From a bacterium (GTDB lineage: Bacteria; Hinthialibacterota; Hinthialibacteria; Hinthialibacterales; Hinthialibacteraceae), in contig CAXXSM010000150.1 of the NCBI GenBank assembly GCA_963663405.2, positions 42,193-106,192 of the forward strand: DNA of 64,000 nt, read 5' to 3'. The first letter of the stretch is position 1, and the number at the start of each line of letters is the position of its first letter. The notes beneath the pieces are model-generated. The model did not search any database. It was not told the DNA's origin and saw nothing but the letters and a program-made list of their open reading frames with translations. Made by a program: the position numbers and the translations under genes. This document shows positions 1 through 11,007 of this stretch, one piece after another.

Positions 1-436
1 CCATTGTTCCCAGTTTGACGATTTGACATTCCGGACAATTCTGCATAACCGCCCATATCACATTTAAAGTCGCCGTCAAGTTATTTGTCATCGTAAGCCG
101 GGCTTCATCATAATTCTTCATACCATACGGCGCCGCAGGCTGTTCGGCGTAATGAACGACGGCGTCAGGGATAAAATCAGAGAAGATACGATCCATAAAT
201 CGGAAATCACAGCAATCTCCAATTTCCACTTGGATCGTTTTCCCAGAGGTGTCCTTATAGATACGCGCGCGTTGGATTAAGTTCGGATTCTCGATTAACG
301 CCTCGGAATCGGTTTGTTTGGCTATTGTCCTTCGTAAATAATTGTCGACAACCATTACATCATGTTCCCGTTCGGCAAAATACATGGCTGTCGGCCAACC
401 CAGATACCCATCACCGCCTAAGACTAAAATACGCAT
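1..436 (-). CDS. sqdB: UDP-sulfoquinovose synthase-like NAD-dependent enzyme (5' part; runs off the window edge)
   Basis: Manual translation from ATG at 436 (RBS GAAGGAG): MRILVLGGDGYLGWPTAMYFA...VVDNYLRR...VVHYAEQPAAPYGM...IVKLGTM. These are SqdB/SQD1 signature motifs. Not in the ORF track because it is truncated. Confidence 0.85.
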   Translation of the reverse strand, partial: MRILVLGGDGYLGWPTAMYFAEREHDVMVVDNYLRRTIAKQTDSEALIENPNLIQRARIYKDTSGKTIQVEIGDCCDFRFMDRIFSDFIPDAVVHYAEQPAAPYGMKNYDEARLTMTNNLTATLNVIWAVMQNCPECQIVKLGTM

Positions 437-500
437 GATCTACACTCCTTCTTGCCATGGATGATTCATCCTGTTCTCTCCAACGCAATGATTAAGGCAT

Positions 501-1571
501 TCAACGCGAGCTATCCATTTCTGAAGACAATAAATTATGTAAATGCAAATATTTTCTTAATTCCTCTTTTGGCATCGCCTGGCCGGCTTTTGAATTGTAT
601 GGATGCTTCACTTGACCGGTGATGAATCCGGGATAGTGGTAATCGATCGAATCATATATTGATTTAAACGCGGGAGTGACTACATAGTAATTCTTTAATT
701 CAATCGTTCTTCGCGTTTCTTCTTCGTTGATTAATTCTTCATACATTTTTTCGCCGGATTTAACGCCGATGATTTCGATGGGCACATCGCTGGGATCCAA
801 ACCGTAAGCAGGGGCCAGTTCTTCAATCATCACTGCGGCCAGATCCTGTATTTTTACAATCGGCATTTTTGTAACAAAGACTTCTCCCCCACGCGCTAAA
901 AATACACTTTCCATAACGAGCCGGACGGCTTCTTCTAATGTCATAATGAATCGCGTCATACCGGTGTCAGTCAGTGTAACCGGCCCTTTGGAGGCGATTT
1001 GACGCTTAAACAACGGTATAACCGATCCGCGCGAGCCTAATACATTGCCAAAACGTGTTGAGGAAAAGATCGGACGTTCTCCTCGGCGGAGTGAATGCGC
1101 CGCAGTAAAAAGCCGCTCACCCATCAGTTTGGATGTGCCCATGACATTCGTTGGATTGACAGCCTTGTCTGATGAAGTGAATACAACACGATGAACATGA
1201 TTCACAATAGCGGCGTCAATAATATTCTGGACACCTAGAATGTTAGTCTGCACGGCGTCACGAGGCGATTCCTCGCACAAGATGACATGCTTTAACGCGG
1301 CGGTATGCAGGACAATATCAATTCCATTCATCTTGTGGATTAATTTCCCCCGATCCCTGACATCGCCTAAATAAAAATGAACCGCTGGATTTGTCCGATA
1401 GGTCTCGTTTAGGAAAAATAAATCACTTTCATTATTGTCAATCCCGATAATCTCAGCCGGTTGATATGGTATCAATTGCCGAAGTAATTCATGGCCAACA
1501 GTGCCACAAACGCCTGTGATTAAAACATGTTGTTCTTGCCAAGGATTCATCGGTTTTCCACAATCTTTCAT
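501..1571 (-). CDS. CapD/PseB/FlaA1-family UDP-sugar 4,6-dehydratase (Polysacc_synt_2)
   Basis: ITGVCGTVG, HTAALKHV, SSDKAVNPTNVMGTSK, TRFGNVLGSRGSVIPLF, GEKMYEEL motifs. Confidence 0.9.
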   Translation of the reverse strand: MKDCGKPMNPWQEQHVLITGVCGTVGHELLRQLIPYQPAEIIGIDNNESDLFFLNETYRTNPAVHFYLGDVRDRGKLIHKMNGIDIVLHTAALKHVILCEESPRDAVQTNILGVQNIIDAAIVNHVHRVVFTSSDKAVNPTNVMGTSKLMGERLFTAAHSLRRGERPIFSSTRFGNVLGSRGSVIPLFKRQIASKGPVTLTDTGMTRFIMTLEEAVRLVMESVFLARGGEVFVTKMPIVKIQDLAAVMIEELAPAYGLDPSDVPIEIIGVKSGEKMYEELINEEETRRTIELKNYYVVTPAFKSIYDSIDYHYPGFITGQVKHPYNSKAGQAMPKEELRKYLHLHNLLSSEMDSSR

Positions 1572-1579
1572 GAGATACG

Positions 1580-3813
1580 TTAGCCGTCCGTTTCATCCAC
1601 AATTCCCGATGGCTCTTTTCGATCGCTGACTTTTTCATGCTCGCAGCTATGTTTATCAAGCATACTTTCTAATTTCCAAAAGAGACCTTCATTCTTTTTT
1701 AGATCCTTAAAACTGCCGGCTTCTACGATCTGGCCATTGTCCAGCACATAGATCCAATCCGCAATGTACAATGTTTTCAAATGGTGCGTCACCATTAATA
1801 TAGTTGTACAATCACGCAACGAATCGAGTAATGCTAAAATCTGTCTTTCACTCTCGCTATCCAGCGCGCTGGTCGCCTCATCGACAATCAGCAGTTCTGG
1901 ATTACGCACAATCGCGCGTGCAATGGCTAATCGCTGCCGCTGCCCAACCGAAAGAGAAACGCCGCTTTCTCCAACGAGTGTATCGTATTGGTCAGGCAAT
2001 CGCATAACAAACTCATGCGCGCCGGCCTGCTGAACTGCGTGTACAATATCCTCCATTGAAGCCGAAGGATTGGCGCATTGAATATTTTCACTTACGGAAA
2101 GGTTGAATAAGAATGTGTCTTGTGAAACGTATCCAATACGTTTCCGCCATTCGCGTATGTTAAGATCGTTCATTGATTTGTTGTCGATGCGAATAGAACC
2201 TTCATTCGATTTTTGCAGGCCAATTAACAAATCGCAAATGGTTGATTTGCCCGATCCCGAAGGCCCTGCGATGGCGGTAATCCCATGCCGTGGGATTTCT
2301 AGATTTAGATTTGTGAATAAAGTAGATTGTTCATCAAACGAAAAACCAACATTTTGAAATGAGATATTTTTCTCAATCTTGTTAAACCCTATACCACTAT
2401 CCAATGATTCCCGCTCAATATTTTGATTCACGAGATCATTCGCCAAGTGAATGGAAGGTAAATACGATATCAGCGTAATCCTCTTTGATAACATCTCAGA
2501 GAGATTTAAAAACAATCGTTGAGACGCAATAACAAAGAAAGCGATTGTAGGAATAATCGTATCGATAGGGCCGATTTGCGCATAAATATAATAAAGAAGT
2601 GATCCGAGTAATATGGATACGATTAACAATTCAACGATGACTCGCGGTAATTCAGCAGCCACACCGATCCGTACAATCAAACGCATCAATCGATCGATCT
2701 TCTTTTTAAATAGCGATAATACTCGATTCTCCAGCGAAAAGGATTTCACTTGCCGGATCCCCGAAAGACTTTCCGCGCAGAGTCCGCTAACTTGCTGGTT
2801 TAAAAAAATTTTTCCTGACCGATCCCATAGGAATAACGCTGACTGATCCCCCATTGGAGAAGGACAACAATGAAACCTGCGGCAAACGAGATCAGCGTAA
2901 TAAACCAATTTTCAATAAACAATGCGATCGTAATACATACAACAAAGGCAAAACGGCCTAAGAAATCGATCGCATCCGTCAAACCTTTGGACGCAAAGAT
3001 AGGTTCTGTGATTACATTATTCAACAAGACGCCATGTTGTTGCCTGCTTAGAATTCGATAGGACGAAAAAATATAATTTTGTAAAACATTGCACGACCAA
3101 TATCCACGTAAATTGGTTAGAAAAATCTTGGAAAGATACGTTCGAGTTAGGATCAAAAGATTTTTGATAAAGATCAGTAAAAACGCGATCACGCAGACAA
3201 TCACCAAGTGATATTCTTTCTGAAAATAGTAAGACAAATAGGAAAGCAAGATCGAATGCCCGCGTTCATACATGATCAGATCAGGAAAAATGTCTCTAAA
3301 AAGATACCGATTGAATAGTTCGATTTGTTCTTGACTTAAATTTGAGAAATCTTTATCTATATAGTTCCTTGTTTCAGAAGATAGTTTTAGATTGCGGAAT
3401 GAATCTTCTTGATAGAAATCGGGTTGTTTCAGTAGTAAATTTAATTCACTAATTATACGTTCCTGATCTTCTTCATTTAGAGGTTTTTGATTGGAGATAT
3501 CCTCGACGGCCTTTTGAGACTCTTCTGTTAAGCGAATATAGATTTGTTTTCCTGGATTGGGTAGTTCCTGGCTTTTTGCGTTTAACAATTCTACACAAAA
3601 CTCTTTCCAATCGTCAATCGATTCAACGGTTAATTGAAGATCGCTGTCATTCTCTCCAGGCGTTAATATCGCCTTAAGTAAAGGCAGGATCATCCCCAAA
3701 CTTAACGTTTCCGCCACCGCCGTAAGCATGATGACCGCGAAAAGGATCATGGCGAAGTATTTATACGGACCGAAGATCGACAAAGAAAAAAGATATTTTG
3801 ATTGTTTAGACAT
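1580..3813 (-). CDS. ABC transporter permease+ATPase (PglK/MsbA-like glycan flippase), split by one frameshift at ~2801-2813
   Basis: N-terminal TM ORF (2800..3870; likely start 3813, TAATG overlap) joins the NBD ORF (GPSGSGKST, LSVGQRQR, DEATSALD) if one A is added in the GAAAAATTTTTTTA tract, giving GQEKIFLNQQVSG. Confidence 0.85.
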
Positions 3814-4784
3814 TATTTCTGAAATAGTTCGATTAGTTTTTTGATCGTGTATTGTTCCGTTTTCGCCCACGCGTCATAGGTGGAACCGCCAATGTGCGGT
3901 GTCAGCAGTAAGTTATCGTGTTCCCGCGCATAGCGCAGAAGTGGATGATCGGAAAATTCAGAGGAACCGGAAAAGCCTTTTTTAAATTCTCCTGGAAAAA
4001 CATCCATCGCCGCCCCTGCGATCCGTCCGTTTCGCAATTGTTCGAGAAGCGCGGTTGGATCAATAATCTCCGCTCGCGCTGTGTTGATAAACACGGAGCC
4101 GGATTTAAACGCTGCAAATACATCCGCGTTAAGTAAATTCTCTGTCTTTTCATTGTGCGGAACATGCAGGCTGATCACATCATTTTCTGAAACTAATTGC
4201 ATCAAATCGCCCACGCGGTTGACGCCTTCGATCCCTGAATCGTCGACATATGGATCGTAATACTGCACACGCATTCCAAAACACAATCCATACCGCGCGA
4301 CGATACTTCCTAAACGCCCTAAACCGATGATCCCCAAAGACATGGATGAAAGCATAGCCTGACCTGGAAACAAGCGCCGGTTCCAAATTCCATTCTTCAC
4401 AGAATCAAAGGACCAGGGAGTACGCCGAATCAAAGCTAGAAGCAATCCCCATGTATGTTCAGCTGTGGGAGTAATTGTCTGCAGGAATTCCTGCTCATTC
4501 GCGAGAGAAATGACAGCGATCTTTTTTTCCTGCGCGTAGCGGACATCGATGTGAGGCACACCCGTCGTATTGGAAGCGATGGCTTTTAATCGCAGGCATT
4601 GATCGATTTTCTCATTTCCACAGAAAAAACCCAACGGCGCGAACGTGCAGTCAATTTCCTTTAACACTTCAGGTGTGTCTTCTTCAGGATCTTCCAATTC
4701 AATGACATGAAAGCGATCGTGAAGTAAAGATAAAGAACCAGACTGAAACTGCAGCATGGAATAGTATAAAACGGTTGGCTTCAT
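3813..4784 (-). CDS. D-isomer-specific 2-hydroxyacid dehydrogenase (SerA-like)
   Basis: TAEHTWGLL, GIIGLGRLG, INTARAEI, MDVF.GE, TPHIGG. Confidence 0.9.
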   Translation of the reverse strand: MKPTVLYYSMLQFQSGSLSLLHDRFHVIELEDPEEDTPEVLKEIDCTFAPLGFFCGNEKIDQCLRLKAIASNTTGVPHIDVRYAQEKKIAVISLANEQEFLQTITPTAEHTWGLLLALIRRTPWSFDSVKNGIWNRRLFPGQAMLSSMSLGIIGLGRLGSIVARYGLCFGMRVQYYDPYVDDSGIEGVNRVGDLMQLVSENDVISLHVPHNEKTENLLNADVFAAFKSGSVFINTARAEIIDPTALLEQLRNGRIAGAAMDVFPGEFKKGFSGSSEFSDHPLLRYAREHDNLLLTPHIGGSTYDAWAKTEQYTIKKLIELFQK

Positions 4785-4821
4785 TATTGAAATAATCTTT
4801 ATTGTAGTAACAAAATCATCA

Positions 4822-4917
4822 TCTGAATCAGGATAGACTGGATTATTATGATTAACAGGATATGTAGTAAAAAAATCTTCCTGAAAAATCCTTCCATTCT
4901 GGACATCCTGATTCAGA
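4822..4917. repeat. REP-like palindromic element
   Basis: Perfect 13-bp inverted repeat TCTGAATCAGGAT...ATCCTGATTCAGA with internal GGAT/ATCC subrepeats; related to the copies at 61652-61742 and 61836-61880. Confidence 0.7.
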
Positions 4918-4973
4918 CAAAGAAAAATATTCTATCTTTCTATACTCTGGTAATTTAGGAAATTCGAATTATC

Positions 4974-6131
4974 TTAATACGTCATCCGCTTATTAAACAA
5001 CGAAGGGCCAATATCAACTGTCGACAATACATCCGCAATCTTGTAGCAGGAAGGTTTATCCCCATAAGGGGAAACACAATTCTGAATTTTCGCTTTAAAA
5101 TTTTCATCATAAAGGCATGTCTTCAAAGCTTGGAGTATCGCCTCTGTATCCGTTTCTACATGAATGCAGTTTTCCGCCCGCTGGCGGTCGGATTGCCGTG
5201 GCCCCACCGTGATGGATGGAAGTTTGAACGTTGGCGTTTCAATGATACCTGCGCTGGAATTGCCAACAAACACACTCGCCACGTTTTGCAATCCCCAAAA
5301 ATCCTGACATTCAATATTGGGATAGATCTGCACTCCATCGCTTCCCCGCGTTTCTTCGATTGCCTCTACAATTCCAGCGTAATCCGAATCCGTGCAGGGA
5401 TAGACAAAAATCTTTTGCGCATCGACTTGCATTACCGCATCGACAATGGATTTCATTTCTTTGTAAGAAGCGCCATCGGCGCAGGTATCGGAATGCTGCA
5501 AGATCAGCAGTAATGGCCGGTCTGGATCAAGGTTGAATTTTTTTTGGATCTCTTCCCGTGACGTGTATTCGCCCATATGAATCATATCGAGATGCGAATC
5601 CCCAACGACATGCACGCGCCAAGGTTCTTCGCCCATTTGGATAATCCGTTGCGCGCTGGCTTCGGTCGATGGAAAATGGATATGAGACATTTTCGTAATC
5701 GCATGCCGGATAAATTCATCAATATTTCCTGAGATGTCACCGCCTTGGATATGAGCGATGGGGATACGAAAATGAATCGCGGTTACAACGGTCGACAGAA
5801 TTTCACCTCGGTCACCTAACACTAATAAGATATCCGGATTCTCTTGATGAAACACCGACGACATCCAATCCATACATCGTGAAAGCGCTTTCGTACGATC
5901 GATTGAACGGTCGCCCTCCTGATCCATAGGAACCAAGTGCCGTATATCAAACCACTGCTGCACTTCGTGATACGTATTACCGAAATCTTCATAGAGATGT
6001 TGATCGGTCGCAACAATGACAATTTCCACACCGGGGCGCCGGTGCAGTTCTTTCAATGTCGGGATGATCGCGCCGAAACCACCACGTTTTCCAGTGACGA
6101 CTAATATTTTTCTCGATCGACTTGCTTTCAT
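4974..6131 (-). CDS. neuC: UDP-GlcNAc 2-epimerase, hydrolysing (NeuC/LegG family)
   Basis: VTGKRGGF, LGDRGE, HIQGGDISGNIDEFIRHAITKMSHIHF, VGNSSAGIIE, SPYGD. Confidence 0.9.
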   Translation of the reverse strand: MKASRSRKILVVTGKRGGFGAIIPTLKELHRRPGVEIVIVATDQHLYEDFGNTYHEVQQWFDIRHLVPMDQEGDRSIDRTKALSRCMDWMSSVFHQENPDILLVLGDRGEILSTVVTAIHFRIPIAHIQGGDISGNIDEFIRHAITKMSHIHFPSTEASAQRIIQMGEEPWRVHVVGDSHLDMIHMGEYTSREEIQKKFNLDPDRPLLLILQHSDTCADGASYKEMKSIVDAVMQVDAQKIFVYPCTDSDYAGIVEAIEETRGSDGVQIYPNIECQDFWGLQNVASVFVGNSSAGIIETPTFKLPSITVGPRQSDRQRAENCIHVETDTEAILQALKTCLYDENFKAKIQNCVSPYGDKPSCYKIADVLSTVDIGPSLFNKRMTY

Positions 6132-6134
6132 TTA

Positions 6135-7190
6135 TTATTCCTGTGGAGTGACTGTATGACCTATCATTTCCAATGTAATCAATGTGTCTGCGCTTACATT
6201 TACATTCAGCGAAGCGCCTAGGATTTCGTTCAGTCGTTCAGGAGAAATCCCATTGCCTGGACGCTTAAACGTAAGATCTTCACGGCGCAGGATTGTCCCC
6301 GCTGAAAGATCATGTTTTGCTACAATACTTTTTCTCGCCCACAACAGGCTTTTTTCCTCATTTAGAGTGCGGAGCATTTCCTTCGAACCGAGGGCCGCTT
6401 CCAAGCGGCGCACGCTACTGACAAATTCCACTAATTCTTCTGGATCACAAGCCACCTTCCAATCCTGCGCGTTGGGGATGTTTTTCTCAAGCGTAATATG
6501 TTTTTCAATAATCGAAGCGCCTAACATGACCGAAGCGGCGGCGATATCGTGTGTCGCGCAGTGATCCGAATATCCAACAGGTCCTAGAAATAATTCTCTT
6601 AGTGTTGAAATAACTTTTAAATTAACATCTTCCGGGGGCGTGGGATAACTGGTCACGCAGTGCATCACCGCGACTTGACGGGCCCCTTCTTGCTGAAGCG
6701 CACTAAGACTCTGTTCCAATTCTTTTTGTGTATACATTCCAGTCGAGAATACAATCGGTTTCCCCTTCTTTGCGACAGCGCGGAAAAACTCTGGATTACT
6801 GACTTCTCCAGAACCGATTTTGTACAACGGTGGATTCAGAGTCGAAAGAGCGTCTAGACTTTCCAGATCGTGCGCCGTAGCAAAAAAGAGAATCCCCGCG
6901 TCATTCGCGTATTCTTGAATGGATTGAAATTGGTCAATCGTCAGTTCTTTACATTGCATCCTCTCCGTCCATTCACTGTTCTGTGAACTGATTAGCGAAG
7001 AGGTGCGAAAGATTTGAAACTTAACCGCATCCGCTTTGGCTTGAACCGCCATGTCAACTAATTGATACGCTTTTTGGACATCACCGAAATGACTAACTCC
7101 CGCTTCCGCAATGATAAAGCATGGAGCGTTCCCACCGATTTTCCTCTCACCAGCGTAAAAGAAAGGAACAAAGAATTCTCGTTCAATCAT
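6135..7190 (-). CDS. neuB: Nonulosonic acid synthase (NeuB family) with C-terminal SAF domain
   Basis: IIAEAGVSH.G, AVKFQ, KIGSGE, MHCVTSYP, GYSDH, IIEKHITL, KRPGNGI. Confidence 0.92.
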   Translation of the reverse strand: MIEREFFVPFFYAGERKIGGNAPCFIIAEAGVSHFGDVQKAYQLVDMAVQAKADAVKFQIFRTSSLISSQNSEWTERMQCKELTIDQFQSIQEYANDAGILFFATAHDLESLDALSTLNPPLYKIGSGEVSNPEFFRAVAKKGKPIVFSTGMYTQKELEQSLSALQQEGARQVAVMHCVTSYPTPPEDVNLKVISTLRELFLGPVGYSDHCATHDIAAASVMLGASIIEKHITLEKNIPNAQDWKVACDPEELVEFVSSVRRLEAALGSKEMLRTLNEEKSLLWARKSIVAKHDLSAGTILRREDLTFKRPGNGISPERLNEILGASLNVNVSADTLITLEMIGHTVTPQE

Positions 7191-7234
7191 ACGAAGATAC
7201 CAAAAATAAGTTTTTAATTACATATGATGAATGG

Positions 7235-8347
7235 TTAAGGATGCTCGTGTCGGTTCCATAGCACATTTTGCTGAATAACTGATGTGTCAATTCGATCTTT
7301 GGCTTGCAGAATTTGGTGAAAGCAATCCCGCGTCAATGCGTCTTTAACAGTGATTCTATCCTTTGAAAGATTTCCGGAAGAATCTGTTGTCTGTGGAAAC
7401 GTTCCATCCGCGGTTTCTTTCCTCGGATTCGAAACGGATTTAATTTCTACGGAATAACCTGCGTTTTTGGCTTGCTGTTGAACAATTTCCGCTAATTGAT
7501 TGATGGTGAGTGTTTCTAAATATTGAATTGCAGTGCGAATGGAACCGGGGATTGGAGATTCCTGTATCGACCTCTCAACACAAGAAATAGCGTTATCGAT
7601 ATGCAATAACGCGCAGGTTCGGTTCCCTTCCCCATAAACAGTCAAGGGATAGCCGATTGCTGCTTGCACAGTAAAGCGGTTTACAACCGATCCAAACACT
7701 TCATCGTAATGAAAGGCGATATGTAAGTATGGATGCAGTTTTGATTCATCCGTTTCGAAACCGTAGACAATACCTTGCTGTAAGACAGTCGCCTTCATTC
7801 CCCAATTTTGACAGGCGAATTGTATATTCTGCACACACTGAACATCCGCCACATGATAGAAAGACGCAAAACTGGATGAAGACGTATTATCTTCACCTTC
7901 GCATTTGTGTAATCCCTGTATCGAGATTAGATGAATGTCCCGCTCCGCCCGTTGGACAGCGAAGAGAACGTTCAAGATTCCCGTGACGTTGTTTTGATGG
8001 GTCAACACCGCGTTCGCGCGGTTTTTCATGGAGAAGGGAGCCGAGGGCTGACCAGCGCAGTGTATGACCACATCCGGCTGCGCTCTGTCAAAGACGTGAT
8101 AGATAGCCCCTACATTTGTCATATCACTAATGTAGTACTGGATCTCTTTTCCTGTCATCTCACGGAATTTCGCGACACGCCGGTGAATGGGAAATACTTC
8201 AAACAGCGGTTCGGCCCCCATTTCCATTTCCCATTTCCGCTTGATCAGGTTATCCATAATAGTGACATCATAACCCAGCGACGCCAGGCGCATAGAAAGA
8301 GGCCATCCAATGTATCCATCCCCACCGATTACAAGTACTTTCGTCAT
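7235..8347 (-). CDS. SqdB-like NAD-dependent epimerase/dehydratase, catalytically divergent paralogue
   Basis: GGDGYIGWP, HCAGQPSAPFSM, QGIVYG, YDEVFGSVVNRF.VQAAIGYPLTVYGEG match SqdB. The KLGTMGEYG motif is absent and SFYHLSK reads SFYHVAD. Confidence 0.8.
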   Translation of the reverse strand: MTKVLVIGGDGYIGWPLSMRLASLGYDVTIMDNLIKRKWEMEMGAEPLFEVFPIHRRVAKFREMTGKEIQYYISDMTNVGAIYHVFDRAQPDVVIHCAGQPSAPFSMKNRANAVLTHQNNVTGILNVLFAVQRAERDIHLISIQGLHKCEGEDNTSSSSFASFYHVADVQCVQNIQFACQNWGMKATVLQQGIVYGFETDESKLHPYLHIAFHYDEVFGSVVNRFTVQAAIGYPLTVYGEGNRTCALLHIDNAISCVERSIQESPIPGSIRTAIQYLETLTINQLAEIVQQQAKNAGYSVEIKSVSNPRKETADGTFPQTTDSSGNLSKDRITVKDALTRDCFHQILQAKDRIDTSVIQQNVLWNRHEHP

Positions 8348-8350
8348 GAA

Positions 8351-9892
8351 TCAATTCCTATTCGTTTTTTCTTCCAACACCCGGCGGATAGTATAGGTTG
8401 CGATATCATCAAACTGCTCTTCTACCGTTCGATCGTGTTCAACGATGGTTCGCCCGCCTTTGGCTAACAACTGAGTGAACAAATTAGCGCGCACACTGCC
8501 TTTGATATGCGCGGCGATATACGCGATAATACTGGATTCGTCAAATTGATAGTTCTCAAGCAAACAACGGATCGACGCGCTTAAATCATATATACTTCTC
8601 ACATGATGTACCATGCTTTCCGGAAACACATAATAGGGGCTGATTCCCAACGTGATTAATGGGATCTTCCGCATCACCGCTTCCAAGCCGATCGTGCCAT
8701 TGATGACAAGAACCATTTTGGCGTGTTCTAAAATATTCTGCGAACTGACTGACGATTCAATCAATAAAACATTGGGTATCGCGAGAATTTTCTTATAATA
8801 ATCAACAGTGCGAAATCCCCATGCGTTGGGATGATCTTTCACGACAAGTTTCCACGTCACCGGCAGGTTCATGGCGATGTTGCGTATCGTTTCAATTTGA
8901 TTCTGATATGGCCGGCCAAACACCGACAACGCCACTTCGGGTTCGGTATGCATGGGATAAAACGCGTAGGTATGATTGGCTAATTCCTTTGGAGAAGTAT
9001 ATAAGGAACGCAATCCCCGCTGAATCCGCCGCGCCCGTAAAGGCTTAATCAATCGATTGTGTATCTCCGAAGTTAACACACCTGGAAAATGATTGTCGTT
9101 GTATGCGGGTGAACGCCAATACTGAATACAATTTGTCAGAAAACCAAGCGCATTTTTAGCAGGGAGAACTTTTTCCTTTGTCTCTTTTTTTAACTTGATC
9201 GCGCCTTCGTAGGTCAGCAGTTTATTTCTCGTTCGTTGATAGAATTCAGCCGCTTCCTGGTAAGCGGCGTCATCGTTCACGCTCCCATTCCGGTAATCCT
9301 TGAAGGCGTTGTAAATATGAGGAGACAGTTCAAACGGATCAGTAAAGAGAGATATGTAGTTCTCAATCCGCGTCAGTTTCAATTGTAAATAGGGAACGCC
9401 GCGCCGCTTCGCGAAAAGGTAATAGAGATAATCGCAAAACGTTACCGCGTTCAGCGCCAAAACCGCGTCCGGTTGAATTTCATCAAACTGCTTTTCAATC
9501 GAGTGAAGCGCTTCCTGAAGAATTTGCAGCATCCGATCGTGGCGGAACCGGGGAACGTAATCCTGCTGAAACTTACATTTATTCCCATGATAGATTCTTC
9601 GGTCAGCAATCAAGGCGTTCCATAGCGTCGCGTCGCCGATCTGCTTTTCATACCTAGACAGCAGATCGAGATCGAGATCGGTCTGCGGAGCCTTCTGCGT
9701 AATTTCCCATTCTTTGACAAGAGAGAAATGGCCCGATTCAAATTCAGGGAATTCTTCTGCGATTTTTAAATATTGATAGTGATCGGCAACGGAAAAACCC
9801 GCGTGGTCCAATGCGCCTTGCCGCCGGATCGCCTCCATCATACGCCAAAAAATACGCAGCCCTGTGGATTGTGTGACAAAGATTAAATTCAC
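8351..9892 (-). CDS. Capsule-synthesis (KpsS/LipB-like) ulosonic-acid glycosyltransferase
   Basis: FYPMHTEPE, LVVKDHP and INGTIGLEA motifs typical of the Capsule_synth family; lies in the neu cluster. Confidence 0.7.
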   Translation of the reverse strand: MNLIFVTQSTGLRIFWRMMEAIRRQGALDHAGFSVADHYQYLKIAEEFPEFESGHFSLVKEWEITQKAPQTDLDLDLLSRYEKQIGDATLWNALIADRRIYHGNKCKFQQDYVPRFRHDRMLQILQEALHSIEKQFDEIQPDAVLALNAVTFCDYLYYLFAKRRGVPYLQLKLTRIENYISLFTDPFELSPHIYNAFKDYRNGSVNDDAAYQEAAEFYQRTRNKLLTYEGAIKLKKETKEKVLPAKNALGFLTNCIQYWRSPAYNDNHFPGVLTSEIHNRLIKPLRARRIQRGLRSLYTSPKELANHTYAFYPMHTEPEVALSVFGRPYQNQIETIRNIAMNLPVTWKLVVKDHPNAWGFRTVDYYKKILAIPNVLLIESSVSSQNILEHAKMVLVINGTIGLEAVMRKIPLITLGISPYYVFPESMVHHVRSIYDLSASIRCLLENYQFDESSIIAYIAAHIKGSVRANLFTQLLAKGGRTIVEHDRTVEEQFDDIATYTIRRVLEEKTNRN

Positions 9893-9933
9893 GGATTTAT
9901 TTTCAAATTAGAGAACAAAAAAGGCAGAATGAA

Positions 9934-10980
9934 TTATGAATCGCTGATATCTTCAAGTTTAAGTAAAACATCGGCGGGCAGATCGCGCGCGGCTTTTTTC
10001 CCAACGACCGTATTGAGTTTGTAACTCGGAATACCGGAACCAGGACGTTTCACCCATACATTCACACGCTCTTGAAACACTTCATTGGCTTTAACCGGCG
10101 CAATAGTGACAACGCTTTCCGAAAAACCATGCCGCACTTTTTGCGCTTCATCGTTGAGAGATTTCTCACTCCCCAAGGCGGATGAAATCGCGCGGACGCC
10201 TTCCACCAGTTCCTTCAGTTCGTCCGGTTCAATGGAGGATTGTTGATCGATGCCAGGCAGCGCGCGGGAGAGTGTAAAATGTTTTTCTACTAGACATGCG
10301 CCTTTGGCCGCCGCGCCGAAACAGGCGTAATTACCTTGACAGTGATCCGATAGCCCCACCAGGACACTGCACTCGTCCCGCAGGCGGTCCATCACTCCCA
10401 AATTGACATTCTCATAGGCTGTTGGATAGTTGGATGTGCATTGCATCACAATCAGATCCGGCGTTTTCCCGCGAATGACATTGACGGCGTTTTTCACTTC
10501 ATCCCAATCGGCGGTGCCAGTTGAGAGAATGACGGGCTTCCCTTTTTCGGCGATGTACGTCAGAAAAGGAATATTCGTCACTTCGCCCGATCCAATTTTG
10601 TACGCGGGGACCCCCACCTTTTCAAGCAGATCCACCGCTTCCACAGAAAACGGCGTGGACAAAAAAAGAATGCCCTGTTTTTCCGCCTCCTCTTTGAGCG
10701 CCATGTGATCGTCAAAAGATAGTCCACAATCCGTCATGATATCAAATAACGATCGTGTAACGTGTGAACCGGCGTCGCTGCCGATCGACCGGTCAGGCAG
10801 CATTTCGGCTTCAGCGATATGGGTTTGAAATTTAATAATATCCGCGCCCGCCGCTTTCGCTGACCGCACCATCTCCAAGGCGATTTCACGGTCGCCGTTA
10901 TGGTTGATCCCCGCCTCGGCGATCACCAGCGTCCGGTTACCCGGTCCCACGTTATAAGGTCCAATGGTTATCGCATCCAC
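9934..10980 (-). CDS. neuB: Nonulosonic acid synthase (NeuB family), second copy
   Basis: IAEAGINHNG, IKFQTH, STPFS, KIGSGE, MQCTSNYP, GLSDH, EKHFTL, WVKRPGSGI. Confidence 0.92.
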   Translation of the reverse strand: MDAITIGPYNVGPGNRTLVIAEAGINHNGDREIALEMVRSAKAAGADIIKFQTHIAEAEMLPDRSIGSDAGSHVTRSLFDIMTDCGLSFDDHMALKEEAEKQGILFLSTPFSVEAVDLLEKVGVPAYKIGSGEVTNIPFLTYIAEKGKPVILSTGTADWDEVKNAVNVIRGKTPDLIVMQCTSNYPTAYENVNLGVMDRLRDECSVLVGLSDHCQGNYACFGAAAKGACLVEKHFTLSRALPGIDQQSSIEPDELKELVEGVRAISSALGSEKSLNDEAQKVRHGFSESVVTIAPVKANEVFQERVNVWVKRPGSGIPSYKLNTVVGKKAARDLPADVLLKLEDISDS

Positions 10981-11007
10981 AATTTCTCTCCTCCCATGAC
11001 CCGGTAT

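Noticed and set aside
2801-2813. Programmed ribosomal frameshift or phase variation at the A5T7 tract of the flippase
   Set aside because: Similar single-base indels occur in housekeeping uvrA and rph, so assembly error is more parsimonious
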